NCBI GenBank assembly: GCA_963770145.1
Contig: CAVYOJ010000002.1
Span: 794,326 to 858,325 of the forward strand
Reading direction: 5' to 3'
DNA: 64,000 nucleotides
Origin: an uncultured Actinomycetota bacterium
Lineage (GTDB): Bacteria > Actinomycetota > Actinomycetes > Mycobacteriales > CADCTP01
Position 1 is the first letter of the stretch. Every line of letters begins with the position of its first letter. Positions 52,089 through 63,022 of the stretch are shown here, one piece after another. Made by a program: the position numbers and the translations under genes. The notes under the pieces were generated by a model. It worked only from the letters and a program-made list of their open reading frames with translations. It had not been told where the DNA came from and did no database searches.

Positions 52089-54599
52089 ATGTTCGAACGG
52101 TTCACTGACCGGGCTCGCAGGGTTGTCGTGCTGGCGCAAGAAGAGGCCCGCATGCTCAACCACAACTACATCGGCACCGAGCACATCCTGTTGGGCCTCA
52201 TCCACGAGGGCGAGGGCGTCGCCGCCAAGGCTTTGGAGTCCCTTGGCATCTCGTTGGAGGGCGTGCGTTCCCAGGTCGAGGAGATCATCGGCCAGGGCCA
52301 GCAGGCGCCGTCCGGGCACATCCCGTTCACCCCGCGGGCCAAGAAGGTGCTGGAGCTGTCGCTGCGCGAGGCGCTGCAGCTCGGCCACAACTACATCGGC
52401 ACCGAGCACATCCTGCTCGGCCTGATCCGCGAGGGCGAGGGTGTCGCCGCGCAGGTCCTGGTCAAGCTGGGTGCCGACCTCAACCGGGTCCGCCAGCAGG
52501 TCATCCAGCTGCTCTCCGGCTACCAGGGCAAGGAGCCGGCCGGCACCGCGTCCGAGGGCACGCCGTCGACGAGCCTGGTGCTGGACCAGTTCGGTCGCAA
52601 CCTCACCGCCGCCGCGCGGGAGTCGAAGCTCGACCCCGTGATCGGCCGGGAGAAGGAGATCGAGCGGGTCATGCAGGTGCTGTCCCGCCGCACCAAGAAC
52701 AACCCCGTCCTCATCGGTGAGCCCGGCGTCGGCAAGACCGCCGTCGTCGAGGGCCTGGCCCAGGCGATCGTCAAGGGCGAGGTCCCGGAGACGCTCAAGG
52801 ACAAGCAGCTCTACACGCTCGACCTCGGCGCGCTGGTCGCCGGCTCCCGCTACCGCGGTGACTTCGAGGAGCGGCTGAAGAAGGTCCTCAAGGAGATCCG
52901 CACCCGCGGCGACATCATCCTGTTCATCGACGAGCTGCACACGCTGGTCGGGGCGGGTGCCGCCGAGGGCGCGATCGACGCCGCGAGCATCCTCAAGCCG
53001 ATGCTGGCCCGCGGCGAGCTGCAGACGATCGGCGCCACCACGCTGGACGAATACCGCAAGCACCTGGAGAAGGACGCCGCGCTGGAGCGCCGCTTCCAGC
53101 CGATCCAGGTCGGCGAGCCGACCGTGGCCCACACGATCGAGATCCTCAAGGGCCTGCGCGACCGGTACGAGGCGCACCACCGGGTGTCGATCACCGACGC
53201 CGCGCTGGTCGCCGCGGCCGGGCTGGCCGACCGCTACATCTCCGACCGGTTCCTGCCGGACAAGGCGATCGACCTGATCGACGAGGCCGGCTCGCGGATG
53301 CGGATCCGCCGCATGACCGCGCCGCCGGACCTGCGCGAGTTCGACGAGCGGATCGCCGGCGTGCGCCGGGAGAAGGAGTCCGCGATCGACGCGCAGGACT
53401 TCGAGAAGGCCGCCTCGCTGCGCGACCGGGAGAAGCAGCTGCTGGCCGCCAAGGCGCAGCGGGAGAAGGAGTGGAAGGCCGGCGACATGGACGTCGTCGC
53501 CGAGGTCGACGACGAGCAGATCGCCGAGGTGCTGGCGACCTGGACCGGCATCCCCGTGTTCAAGCTGACCGAGGAGGAGACCGCCCGGCTGCTGCGCATG
53601 GAGGACGAGCTGCACCACCGCGTCGTCGGCCAGGAGCAGGCGATCAAGGCGGTCTCCCAGGCGATCCGGCGGACCCGGGCCGGCCTGAAGGACCCGAAGC
53701 GCCCCGGTGGCTCGTTCATCTTCGCCGGCCCGTCCGGTGTCGGTAAGACCGAGCTGTCCAAGGCGCTGGCCGAGTTCCTGTTCGGCGACGACGACGCGCT
53801 GATCCAGCTCGACATGTCCGAGTTCCACGACCGGTACACGGTGTCCCGGCTCGTCGGTGCGCCTCCCGGCTACGTCGGTTACGACGAGGGCGGCCAGCTG
53901 ACCGAGAAGGTGCGCCGCAAGCCGTTCTCGGTGGTGCTGTTCGACGAGGTGGAGAAGGCCCACCCGGACGTCTTCAACACGCTGCTGCAGGTGCTGGAGG
54001 ACGGCCGGCTGACCGACGGCCAGGGCCGGATCGTGGACTTCAAGAACACGGTCCTGATCCTGACCACCAACCTCGGCACCCGGGACATCGCCAAGGCGGT
54101 CTCGCTCGGCTTCCAGGCCGGCAACGACACCGCGAGCAACTACGAGCGGATGAAGAACAGGGTCACCGACGAGCTCAAGCAGCACTTCCGGCCCGAGTTC
54201 CTCAACCGGATCGACGACATCATCGTCTTCCACCAGCTGACCGAGGAAGAGATCGTCGAGATCGTCGACATCATGCTCACCCGGGTCGACGCGCCAGCTG
54301 AAGAACAAGGACATGGGCCTGGAGCTCACCGCAGAGCGCCAAGCAGCTGCTGGCGAAGAAGGGCTGGGACCCGGTGCTCGGGGCCCGGCCGCTGCGCCGG
54401 ACGATCCAGCGCGACATCGAGGACTCGCTGTCGGAGAAGATCCTCTTCGGCGAGCTGGCCGCCGGCCAGATCGTCGTGGTGGACACCACCGGGCGAGGGC
54501 GACGCGGCCGAGTTCACCTTCCGCGGTGAGCCGAAGCCGGCTCCGGTGCCGGACATCCCGCTGGTCGCCGACATCGCCGGCGGCGCGGCGGAGGAGTAA
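52089..54599 (+). CDS. clpC1: ATP-dependent Clp protease ATP-binding subunit ClpC1
   Basis: Two Clp_N repeats ([12 protein letters not shown] twice), Walker A motifs GEPGVGKT and GPSGVGKT, and a UVR-like linker. Three +1 shifts (about 54294, 54333, 54491) sum to one codon and restore [40 protein letters not shown]. Confidence 0.95.
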   Translation: MFERFTDRARRVVVLAQEEARMLNHNYIGTEHILLGLIHEGEGVAAKALESLGISLEGVRSQVEEIIGQGQQAPSGHIPFTPRAKKVLELSLREALQLGHNYIGTEHILLGLIREGEGVAAQVLVKLGADLNRVRQQVIQLLSGYQGKEPAGTASEGTPSTSLVLDQFGRNLTAAARESKLDPVIGREKEIERVMQVLSRRTKNNPVLIGEPGVGKTAVVEGLAQAIVKGEVPETLKDKQLYTLDLGALVAGSRYRGDFEERLKKVLKEIRTRGDIILFIDELHTLVGAGAAEGAIDAASILKPMLARGELQTIGATTLDEYRKHLEKDAALERRFQPIQVGEPTVAHTIEILKGLRDRYEAHHRVSITDAALVAAAGLADRYISDRFLPDKAIDLIDEAGSRMRIRRMTAPPDLREFDERIAGVRREKESAIDAQDFEKAASLRDREKQLLAAKAQREKEWKAGDMDVVAEVDDEQIAEVLATWTGIPVFKLTEEETARLLRMEDELHHRVVGQEQAIKAVSQAIRRTRAGLKDPKRPGGSFIFAGPSGVGKTELSKALAEFLFGDDDALIQLDMSEFHDRYTVSRLVGAPPGYVGYDEGGQLTEKVRRKPFSVVLFDEVEKAHPDVFNTLLQVLEDGRLTDGQGRIVDFKNTVLILTTNLGTRDIAKAVSLGFQAGNDTASNYERMKNRVTDELKQHFRPEFLNRIDDIIVFHQLTEEEIVEIVDIMLTRVDAPAEEQGHGPGAHRRAPSSCWRRRAGTRCSGPGRCAGRSSATSRTRCRRRSSSASWPPARSSWWTPPGEGDAAEFTFRGEPKPAPVPDIPLVADIAGGAAEE

Positions 54600-54607
54600 G
54601 CGCCACC

Positions 54608-54645
54608 GAAAGGGGCGGGACCCAGGTACGGGTCCCGCCCCTTTC
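54608..54645. terminator. bidirectional terminator hairpin between clpC1 and the convergent ABC-2 permease gene
   Basis: GAAAGGGGCGGGACCC-aggtac-GGGTCCCGCCCCTTTC forms a 16-bp perfect stem flanked by A/T residues on both sides. Confidence 0.75.
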
Positions 54646-54655
54646 GCGTGCCGGC

Positions 54656-55423
54656 TCAGCTGGTCGTGCGGCGGCGGAACAGGATCGTGGCGGCGGTGAA
54701 GGCAGCCAGCAGCAGGCCGGCGCACCAGGCCAGCGCCTGCCAGCCGTACGAGCCGATGGGCGTGCCGAGCAGCAGCCCGCGCAGCGTCTCGGTGATCGGC
54801 GTGACCGGCTGGTTCGCCGCGACCGCCCGCAGCCCGGCCCGCATGGTCTCGACCGGCACGAACGCGCTGGACAGGTACGGCAGGAACAGCACCAGGAAGG
54901 TGAACCCGTTCGCCCCCTCGACGGTGCGGGCGATCAGCCCGAAGCACACCGCCACCCAGGACAGCGCCAGCACCCACAGCAGCAGCATCCCGGCCACCGC
55001 CAGCCACTCGAGCACGCCGGCGTCCGGCCGGAACCCGGTCAGGAACGCCACCCCGATCACCAGCACGGTGGCCAGCGTGTTGCGGGCGAGCGAGGCGACC
55101 ACGTGCCCGGTGAGCACCGCCGAGCTGAGGATCGGCATCGACCGGAACCGGTCGACCACGCCCTCGGTCATGTCCCGGGCCACGTCCACCGCGGTCGACG
55201 CCGCCCCGTAGCCGGTGCAGAGCAGGATGATCCCCGGCACCACGTAGTTCGCGTAGTCGCCGCTCGGGTCGATGGCGCCGCCGAAGACGTAGACGAACAT
55301 CAGCATCAGCACGACCGGCAGGATCACCGACATCAGCAGCGACTCGAGGTTGCGCACGGTGTGCTTGACCGAGCGGCCGATCATCGCCGCCGAGTCGGAG
55401 GCGGCGTACGTCAGCGTGGTCAT
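54656..55423 (-). CDS. ABC-2 type transporter permease (DrrB-like)
   Basis: Intact 255 aa with six TM segments and the ABC-2 signature region. The ATG overlaps the upstream ATPase stop (ATGA). Confidence 0.88.
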   Translation of the reverse strand: MTTLTYAASDSAAMIGRSVKHTVRNLESLLMSVILPVVLMLMFVYVFGGAIDPSGDYANYVVPGIILLCTGYGAASTAVDVARDMTEGVVDRFRSMPILSSAVLTGHVVASLARNTLATVLVIGVAFLTGFRPDAGVLEWLAVAGMLLLWVLALSWVAVCFGLIARTVEGANGFTFLVLFLPYLSSAFVPVETMRAGLRAVAANQPVTPITETLRGLLLGTPIGSYGWQALAWCAGLLLAAFTAATILFRRRTTS

Positions 55424-56413
55424 CGGGAGGCACCTTCCAGGTCGCCGGTTCCGGTCAGGGTGAGGAAGACGTCGTCGAGGGTGGGCCGGCGCACGGTCGC
55501 GGTGCTCACCGCGACCCCGCCGGTGGCGAGGGTGTCGAGCACGTGCCGCAGGTGGTCGGCGGAGCCGTCGGTGGGCACCCGGACCAGCGCCCCGGCGCCT
55601 CCGCCCGCGCGGCCACGACCACGTCCGGACCGAACAGCGCGCGGGTGCGCTCCACCCCGGCCGGGTCGGTCAGCGCCAGCTCGACCTGCTCGGTGCCGAT
55701 CCGGCGCTTGAGCTCGTCGGCGCTGCCGGTGGCGACCACCCGGCCGCCGTCCAGCACCGCGATCCGGTCGGCCAGCTGGTCGGCCTCCTCCAGGTATTGC
55801 GTGGTGAGGAAGATCGTCACGCCCGACCCGACCAGCTCGCCGACGACGTCCCAGACGGCCTGCCGGCTGCGCGGGTCGAGCCCGGTGGTCGGCTCGTCCA
55901 GGAACAGCACCTCGGGCCGCCCGACCAGGCTCATCGCCAGGTCGACCTTGCGGCGCATGCCGCCGGAGAACGTCGTGACCCGGCGCCGCGCGTCGGCGGT
56001 CAGCTCGAGCATGTCCAGCAGCTCGGCCGTGCGGCGCCGGCGCTCGGCCCGGCCGAGCCGCCGCAGCCGGCCGATCAGCAGCAGGTTCTCCTCGGCGGTC
56101 AGCTGCTCGTCGACGGCGGCGAACTGCCCGGTCAGGCTGATCGCCCGGCGCACCGCGTCCGGCTCGCCGACGACGTCCCGGCCGGCGACCCGGCCGATCC
56201 CGCCGTCCGGCGGCTGCAGCGTGGCCAGGATCCGCACGGTCGTCGTCTTGCCGGCGCCGTTCGGGCCCGAGCAGCGCGAACACCGAGCCGCCGGCGACGG
56301 TCAGGTCGACCCCGCGCGAGCACCGTCTTCGGCCCGTACGCCTTGCGCAGGCCGATCGTCTCCACCGCGTTCGCTCGTGCTCCCGCTCCGCCATCCGTCC
56401 GCGTACTCCGCAT
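55420..56413 (-). CDS. ABC transporter ATP-binding protein (DrrA-like, daunorubicin-resistance type)
   Basis: Signature FSGGMRRK, Walker [13 protein letters not shown], and TTQYLEEAD. Walker A ([12 protein letters not shown]) and the C-terminus are restored by +1 shifts near 56330, 56270 and 55600. Confidence 0.85.
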
Positions 56414-56414
56414 C

Positions 56415-56456
56415 TGTGTATGACGCGTACACCAGTGTTAGAGTACGGCATACACA
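56415..56456. promoter_or_regulatory. imperfect palindrome in the TetR/DrrAB divergent promoter region (probable TetR operator)
   Basis: TGTGTATGACGCGTAC ... GTACGGCATACACA. The outer 8 bp are perfectly complementary and the GTAC cores are inverted. It lies immediately next to the drrA-like ATG (56413). Confidence 0.4.
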
Positions 56457-56519
56457 GTCCTAGGATGATCAACCGATCTGGATGCACGAACGACGCGAGA
56501 CCGATCCGGGCTGCCACCG

Positions 56520-57238
56520 GTGGTCGAGCAGCTCTGGGGGCTGCGCGGGCCGGGCCGGCGCGGCGGGCCCAAGCCGGCGCTGAGCGTGGCGCGGATCGTC
56601 GCCGCCGCGGTCGAGCTGGCCGACGCCGGCGGCCTGGCCGCCCTGTCGATGAGCCGGCTGGCGGAGCGGCTCGGGTTCACCACGATGTCGCTCTACCGGT
56701 ACGTGGCGAGCAAGGACGACCTGCTCGTGCTGGTGCTGGACGACGCGCTCGGGCTGCCGCCGGACCTCGTCCGGCGGCGACTGGCGGGCGCAGAGCGCGG
56801 CCTGGGCCCAGGCGCTCCGGGCCGGCTACGGCCGGCATCCCTGGCTGCTCGAGCTGCCGATCTCCGCGCTGCCGGCCGGGCCCAACCAGCTGGTCTGGTT
56901 CGACCGCGGGCTGGCCGCGCTGGCCGGCACCCGGCTGGCGGAGGGGGAGAAGGCCAGCTCGGTGCTGCTGATCTCCAGCTACGTACGGACGCAGGCGACG
57001 CTCTGGCTGGACATGATGAGGGCCGGCCGAGTCCGGGCGCTCACCGGACTGGGCCGCGGTGGTCGAGCGGCTGGCCGACCCGGCCCGGTTCCCCGCGGTC
57101 GCGCGGGCGGTCGCCGCCGGGATCTTCGCCGACGACCCGGACAGCGCGCAGCGCTATCCCGACGACGAGTTCGACTTCGGCCTGCAGCGGATCCTGGACG
57201 GGATCGAGGTGCTGCACCGGTCTAGGGTCTCGGCGTGA
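56520..57238 (+). CDS. TetR/AcrR family transcriptional regulator
   Basis: The HTH is LSVARIVAAAVELADAGGLAALSMSRLAERLGFTTMSLYRYVASKDDLL. +1 shifts near 56790 and 57055 restore the TetR_C-like part (WAQALRAGYGRHPWLLEL..., FDFGLQRILDGIEVL). The stop overlaps the next GTG (GTGA). Confidence 0.82.
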
Positions 57239-57846
57239 GGTTGACCAAGCTCCCGCACGCGTGTGTCCGGTTCGAGCAGGACGGGGCCGTGCTCGTCCTC
57301 GACCCCGGCGGCTTCTCCGACCCGGCCGAGGCGCTGCGCGGCGCCGACGCGGTGCTCATCACCCACGAGCACCCCGACCACCTCGACGTCGAGGCGGTGC
57401 TGGCCGCGGGCGTGCCGGTGTTCGCGCACCCGGAGGTGCTGGCCAAGCTGCCCGGCGTGCCCGGCACGCCGCTGCAGCCGGGCGACGCGGTGCAGGCGGC
57501 CGGGTTCTCGGTCCGGGTGTTCGGCGGCCGGCACGCGCACATCCACGAGGACGTCCCCGACCTGCCCAACAACGCGTACCTGATCGGCGAGCGGGTCTAC
57601 TACCCCGGCGACTCGTTCTCGTTGCCCGGGGTGCCGGTGGAGGTCGCGCTGGTGCCGATCGGCGGCCCGTGGCTGAAGATCGCCGAGGCGATCGACTTCG
57701 TCCGCGCGGTGCGGCCGGACCGGGCGCACCCGACCCACGACGCGGTGCTGTCGACGGCCGGCCAGCAGTTCAGCGACAACTGGGTCGCCCAGCGCGGCAA
57801 CGCCGACTACTCGCGGCTGGAGATCGGCTCCCCGGTCGAGGTCTGA
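57235..57846 (+). CDS. MBL fold metallo-hydrolase
   Basis: Intact 203 aa with HxHxDH motif ITHEHPDHLD. Confidence 0.88.
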   Translation: MRLTKLPHACVRFEQDGAVLVLDPGGFSDPAEALRGADAVLITHEHPDHLDVEAVLAAGVPVFAHPEVLAKLPGVPGTPLQPGDAVQAAGFSVRVFGGRHAHIHEDVPDLPNNAYLIGERVYYPGDSFSLPGVPVEVALVPIGGPWLKIAEAIDFVRAVRPDRAHPTHDAVLSTAGQQFSDNWVAQRGNADYSRLEIGSPVEV

Positions 57847-58811
57847 GCCGCCGGCAGCCCTGGCGGCCCTGTCGGCCGCATCCCCGCCGGCTCCGGTGTA
57901 ACCGGCGGGCCCGGCAGCTCCGGTGTCCCCGGCAGGCCCGGCAGGCCCGGCAGCGCGAAGGTGCCGTCCGGCAGCGGGTCGACCAGGCCGTCGGCGACCA
58001 GCCCGTCCAGCGCCCTGGCCCGCTGCGCGTCGAGCGACCAGACCGCGTCCAGCGCGGCCGCCGGCACCGGTCCCTCGGCCGCCCGCAGCACGTCCATGAG
58101 CAGCCCGCGCACCTGCCGGTCGGTGCCGGCGAACCGCTGCGGCCGCTTCACCGGCCCCTCGTACGGCGGGCTGCCGGCCGCCCGCCACGCGCACGACGCG
58201 ACCACCGGGCAGTCCGCGCAGCGCGGCGTGCGGGCCGTGCAGACCAGCGCGCCCAGCTCCATCGAGGCGACCCCGAAGCGGGCCGCCCGCGCCGGGTCGG
58301 CCGGCAGCAGCGCCGCCACCGCGGCCAGGTCCCGCGCGGTCGACGGCGGGCCGGCGTCGCCCTGGCCGAGCACCGCGCGGGCGACCACCCGGCGTACGTT
58401 CGTGTCGACCACCGGGTGGCGCCGGCCGTAGGCGAACGAGGCGACCGCGCGGGCCGTGTACGCGCCGACCCCGGGCAGCGCGAGCAGCTCGTCCAGCTCG
58501 GCCGGCACCACGCCGCCGTGCCGGTCCACGATCGCCTGCGCGGCCTCGTGCAGCCGCAGCGCCCGGCGCGGGTAGCCGAGCTTGCCCCACATCCGCACCG
58601 CCTCGCCGGACGGCGCCGCCGCGCAGTCGGCCGGCGTCGGCCACCGCGCCAGCCAGGCCTCGTACGCGGGCAGCACCCGGGTCACCGGCGTCTGCTGCAG
58701 CATGATCTCGCTGACCAGCACCGCCCAGGCGCTGACGCCGGGCCGCCGCCACGGCAGGTCCCGGGCGGCCGTGTCGTACCAGTCCAGGACCGTGTCGGCG
58801 AACCCGCGCAC
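57807..58811 (-). CDS. mutY: A/G-specific adenine DNA glycosylase
   Basis: DLPWRR, EIMLQQT, Hh[18 protein letters not shown] and the 4Fe-4S cluster loop [17 protein letters not shown]. Intact 334 aa with a Pro-rich C-terminus. Confidence 0.9.
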   Translation of the reverse strand: MRGFADTVLDWYDTAARDLPWRRPGVSAWAVLVSEIMLQQTPVTRVLPAYEAWLARWPTPADCAAAPSGEAVRMWGKLGYPRRALRLHEAAQAIVDRHGGVVPAELDELLALPGVGAYTARAVASFAYGRRHPVVDTNVRRVVARAVLGQGDAGPPSTARDLAAVAALLPADPARAARFGVASMELGALVCTARTPRCADCPVVASCAWRAAGSPPYEGPVKRPQRFAGTDRQVRGLLMDVLRAAEGPVPAAALDAVWSLDAQRARALDGLVADGLVDPLPDGTFALPGLPGLPGTPELPGPPVTPEPAGMRPTGPPGLPAAQTSTGEPISSRE

Positions 58812-58876
58812 CCCGGCAGGGTAGCCGGCAGGGCGCCCGGCGCGGCTCCCCGGCGATACGGATCATCGCGGCTACG

Positions 58877-59617
58877 GTGGTTCGCGTGCTGCACCCGGTG
58901 GGCCCACTGCCGGCGTCGGTCTACTGGCGGCGCCGAGCGGTGGCGTTCGCCGGGGTGGTCGGGGTGCTGCTGCTGTTCTGGGCGATCCTGCCCGGTGGCG
59001 GGGAGACGGCGGGCGCGACACGGCCGCCGCGGTCGGCTCGCCGAGCCCGAGCGCGTCGGCCTCGGCGGACCCGAGCGGCCTGACCGCGTCCCCGGCGACC
59101 GACGACCCCGGCCGGGCCGCGGACGACGACGGGCCGGCGACCGGGTCGGCCACCGGCGGGACCGCGGCCACGCCGGCGCCGACCAGCCGGCGGCCGGCCC
59201 CGAAGCCGCCGCCGGCGCCGAAGCCGTGCACCGACGCCGACGCTGCGGCTGGCCGTCTCGCCGGCCCAGCCGGCCTACCTGGTGGGGCAGGCGCCGGTGC
59301 TGCGGCTGCAGGTGCGCAACGTCGCCGAGGTCTCCTGCACCCGCGACCTCGGCGCGGCGCTGCAGGAGGTGCTGCTCTACCACGGCACCAGCCGGCTGTG
59401 GTCCAGCAACGACTGCTACCCGGAGGGCCAGCGCGACCAGGAGCTGATGCGCCCGGGCGTGCTGCACACGTTCTCGGTCACCTGGTCCGGGCTCAGCTCG
59501 CAGCCCAAGTGCTTCGGCGACCGCACCAGGGTCGGCGCCGGGTCGTACGCCCTGGTCGGCCGGCTGGGCTCGCTGGTCAGCCCGCGCGCGCCGCTGACCC
59601 TGCGCAGCGACGCCTAG
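58877..59617 (+). CDS. membrane-anchored hypothetical protein (Rv3587c-like position; Cys-containing beta-rich C-domain)
   Basis: An N-terminal TM helix ([18 protein letters not shown]) and an Ala/Pro/Thr linker precede the ORF 59282-59617 domain ([29 protein letters not shown]...CYPEG...). +1 shifts near 59010 and 59240. Confidence 0.6.
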
Positions 59618-60696
59618 ACGTACCGCTCCAGGATCGAGGACTCGGCCAGCCGGGACAGGCTCTCGCGGACCGAGCGGGCCCGGGACTCGCCGACGCCCTC
59701 GACCGTCTGCAGGTCGTCGACGGTCGCCGCGAGCAGCTTCTGCAGCCCGCCGAAGTGGTCGACCAGCCGGTCGACGATCGTCGCCGGCAGCCGCGGCACC
59801 TTGGCCAGCAGCCGGTAGCCGCGCGGGCTGACCGCGGTCTCCAGCGACTCCGGGGTCGGCCGCGTAGCCGAGCGCGCGGGCGACCGCGCCCAGGTCGAGC
59901 AGCTCGGTCGCGGACAGCGCGGCCAGCTCGGTCAGCACCTCGTCGGTGGTACGCCCGCGCCGGCCGCCGCCGGGCAGGTAGTCGCGGACGACCAGGCTCC
60001 GCTCGCCGTCCACGCCGGCCAGCAGCTCCTCCAGCTGCAGCGAGAGCAGCCGGCCGTCGGTGCCGAGCTCGACGACGTAGCCCTCGATCTCGTCGGCGAT
60101 CCGGCGGACCATCTCCAGCCGCTGGGCCACGGCGGTCGCGTCCCGCACGGTGACCAGGTCCTCGATCTCCAGCGCGGACAGCGTGCCGGCGACCTCGTCC
60201 AGCCGCAGCTTGTAGCGCTCCAGCGTGGCCAGCGCCTGGTTGGCCCGGGACAGGATCGCCGCCGAGTTGTCCAGCACGTAGCGCCGGCCGTCGACGTAGA
60301 GGCCGATGATCCGCATCGACTGGCTGACCGAGATGACCGGGAAGCCGGTCTGCGAGGAGACCCGCTGGGCGGTGCGGTGCCGGGTGCCGGACTCCTCGGT
60401 CGGGATGCTCGGGTCGGGCATCAGCTGGGTCGCGGCCCGCACGATCCGCGAGCCGTCGGTGTCCAGCACGACCGCGCCGTCCATCTTGGCCAGCTCGCGC
60501 AGCCGGTCGCGGAGAACTCGACGTCCAGCGGGAAGCCGCCGGTGCACAGCGACTCGACCAGCTTGTCGTGCCCGAGCACGATCAGCGCGCCGGTGTTGCC
60601 GCGCAGGATCCGCTCGAGACCGTCCCGCAGCGCCGTCCCGGGCGCGATCATGGCGAGGGTCGTACGCAGCTTGTCCTCGCGGTCCGGCACCGCCAC
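59614..60696 (-). CDS. disA: DNA integrity scanning protein DisA (diadenylate cyclase)
   Basis: GTG 60696 follows the RBS GGGGAGAG. DAC domain motifs (GALIVLG, DGAVVLD, GTRHRTA) and a C-terminal HhH ([15 protein letters not shown]). +1 shifts near 60510 and 59855. Confidence 0.9.
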
Positions 60697-60820
60697 CTGC
60701 TCTCCCCGGGTCTCGGAACGGCGTCAGTTTACGTACGTCCGCAGCACTGATGACGCATCCGTGACGGACTGGTACGTCGCCGTGCACGGTACCCGTCCGG
60801 GCCGGGGCGACACGAACGCC

Positions 60821-62188
60821 TCAGCGCGGCAGCGACCGCAGCGCCGCGCCCAGGTCGGCGACCTCCGTGACCCGCAGGCCGGCCGGCAGCGGACCCGGGT
60901 CGGGCGGCACCAGCGCGGCGGTGAAGCCGAGCCGGGCCGCCTCGGCCAGCCGGCGGCCGACGCCGCCGACCCGGCGCACCTCGCCGGACAGCCCGACCTC
61001 GCCGAGCACCACGGTGGCCGGCGGGATCGGCGCGTCCCGGGCGGCGGACGCGACCGCGAGGGCCAGCGCCAGGTCGGCGGCCGGCTCGGTGAGCCGGACG
61101 CCGCCGACCGTGGCCGAGAAGACGTCGTCGGCGCCGAGCCTGACCCGGCCGCGTCGCTCCAGCACGGCCAGCACCATGGCCACCCGGGCCGCGTCGAGCC
61201 CGCTGACCGCCCGCCGTGGGGTCGCCAGCGTCGAGCGCGCCACCAGCGCCTGCACCTCGGCCAGCAGCGGCCGGCGGCCCTCCACGGTGACCGTCACGCA
61301 GGTGCCCGGCACCGGCTCGGCCCGCCGGGACAGGAACAGCCCGGACGGGTCGGGCAGACCCTCGATGCCGCTGTCGGTGAGCTCGAAGCAGCCGACCTCG
61401 TCGGCCGGGCCGAACCGGTTCTTCGTGGCCCGGACCAGCCGCAGCGTCGAGTGCCGGTCGCCCTCGAACTGCAGCACCACGTCGACCAGGTGCTCCAGCA
61501 CCCGCGGCCCGGCGATCGCGCCGTCCTTGGTGACGTGGCCGACCAGGACCGTGGCCATGTTGCGGGACTTGGCCGCGGCGATCAGCGCGGCCGCGACCGC
61601 CCGCACCTGGGTGACCCCGCCGGCGCTGCCCTCCGCGGCCGGCGAGGCGATCGTCTGCACCGAGTCGACCACGAGCAGCCCGGGGTCGACGGTCTCGACG
61701 TGGCCGAGCAGCGCGGCCAGGTCGGTCTCCGCGGCCAGGTAGAGCCGGGGATGCAGCGCGCCGGTGCGCTCGGCCCGCAGCCGGACCTGGGCGGCCGACT
61801 CCTCGCCGGTGACGACGAGCGCGGTGCCGGCGGCCGCGTAGTGCCTGGCCACCTCCAGCAGCAGGGTGGACTTGCCGACCCCGGGCTCGCCGGCCAGCAG
61901 CAGCACGGCACCGGGAACCAGGCCGCCGCCGAGCACCCGGTCGAGCTCGCCCACGCCGGTCGGCCGGGCCCTGGCCGCCTCGACGTCGATCTCGGCGATC
62001 GGCCGCGCCGGCGTGGTGACCGCCCCCGCGGTGACGGCGGCGGTCAGCGGGCGCAGCCCGACCGGGGCGGCGCCGACCTCGGCCACGGAGCCCCACGCCT
62101 GGCACTCCGGGCAGCGACCGACCCAGCGCGGCGGGGTGTGCCCGCACTCCGCGCACCGGTAGGCCGGTCGGTCTCTGGTCTTCGCCAC
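60821..62188 (-). CDS. radA: DNA repair protein RadA
   Basis: Intact 455 aa. Zinc finger CAECGHTPPRWVGRCPEC, Walker A GEPGVGKST, the KNRFG motif, and a Lon-like C-domain. Confidence 0.95.
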   Translation of the reverse strand: MAKTRDRPAYRCAECGHTPPRWVGRCPECQAWGSVAEVGAAPVGLRPLTAAVTAGAVTTPARPIAEIDVEAARARPTGVGELDRVLGGGLVPGAVLLLAGEPGVGKSTLLLEVARHYAAAGTALVVTGEESAAQVRLRAERTGALHPRLYLAAETDLAALLGHVETVDPGLLVVDSVQTIASPAAEGSAGGVTQVRAVAAALIAAAKSRNMATVLVGHVTKDGAIAGPRVLEHLVDVVLQFEGDRHSTLRLVRATKNRFGPADEVGCFELTDSGIEGLPDPSGLFLSRRAEPVPGTCVTVTVEGRRPLLAEVQALVARSTLATPRRAVSGLDAARVAMVLAVLERRGRVRLGADDVFSATVGGVRLTEPAADLALALAVASAARDAPIPPATVVLGEVGLSGEVRRVGGVGRRLAEAARLGFTAALVPPDPGPLPAGLRVTEVADLGAALRSLPR

Positions 62189-62224
62189 CCGCGGAACCGT
62201 AGTCGGGTGCTACGACAGAACGGG

Positions 62225-62946
62225 TCAGCCCTCGCTCTCGCTGTCGGGGTCGACCGAGACGGTCGGGGCCGGCGGGAGCTGCGACCTCGGGCGTGCCGAC
62301 CGCGATCGTCATCGTCACCGAGCCCGCTCGCTCGAAGGTCAGCGTGACGATGAGGTTCTGCCCAGGGAGGAGGCGCTGGGTCAGCCCGGTCAGCAGCACC
62401 CGCGGCCCGTCCTCCCGGAACGAGACGTAGTTGTTGGGCGGGATCTGGATCCGCGCGTTCTCCGGCGTCGGGGCGGCGGTCGGGCTCGGTGCGGACCCGC
62501 TCGGGCTCTCCGACGGCGTGCCGCCGGCGGACTGCGACGGCGAGGCGGTGCCCGACGCGGTGTCCGACGGGGTCGCGCTGGGGCTGGCCGTCTCCGACGG
62601 CGGACGGCGTCGCGCTGCCGGTCGCCGCCTCGGCCGACCCGGCCTCGCTGATCGTCACGTCCGTGGCCAGCGGGCTGGACACCGACACGAGCGCGTCGGG
62701 CTCGACGCCGTCGTTGACGACGACCATCCGGAGCCGGGCGTCGGAGCCGCGCTCGTAGCTGCCGCCGACCGGGTATTCCAGCGCGGCGTCGCGGATCGCG
62801 ATCCGGCCGACCTGCGCCATCTGGCCGTCGACGGTCGGCTTCTGCGTCGCGGTCTGGGTGATCTGACCGGACCCGCAGCCGGCGAGCGCGAGGCCACCCA
62901 CGACGACCAGCCCGGCCAGCACGGACCGGGACGTTGAGCGGTTCAC
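62225..62946 (-). CDS. lipoprotein, LpqE-like (PCu(A)C/DUF461-like fold with Ser/Thr/Pro-rich insertion)
   Basis: GTG 62946 lies 9 nt after AGGAGG; lipobox LALAGC. DALVSVSSPLATDVTIS and RVLLTGLTQRLLPGQNLIVTLTFERAGSVTMTIAVG resemble the PCu(A)C pattern. +1 shifts near 62590 and 62270. The end is SVDPDSESEG-stop at 62225. Confidence 0.65.
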
Positions 62947-63022
62947 GGCCACCGGCCTCCTGTCGTACGCCGAACGTCGGGTGGTCAGCCTAGTGCCCCT
63001 CGGCCGGTGCCTCCCGCGCAGG

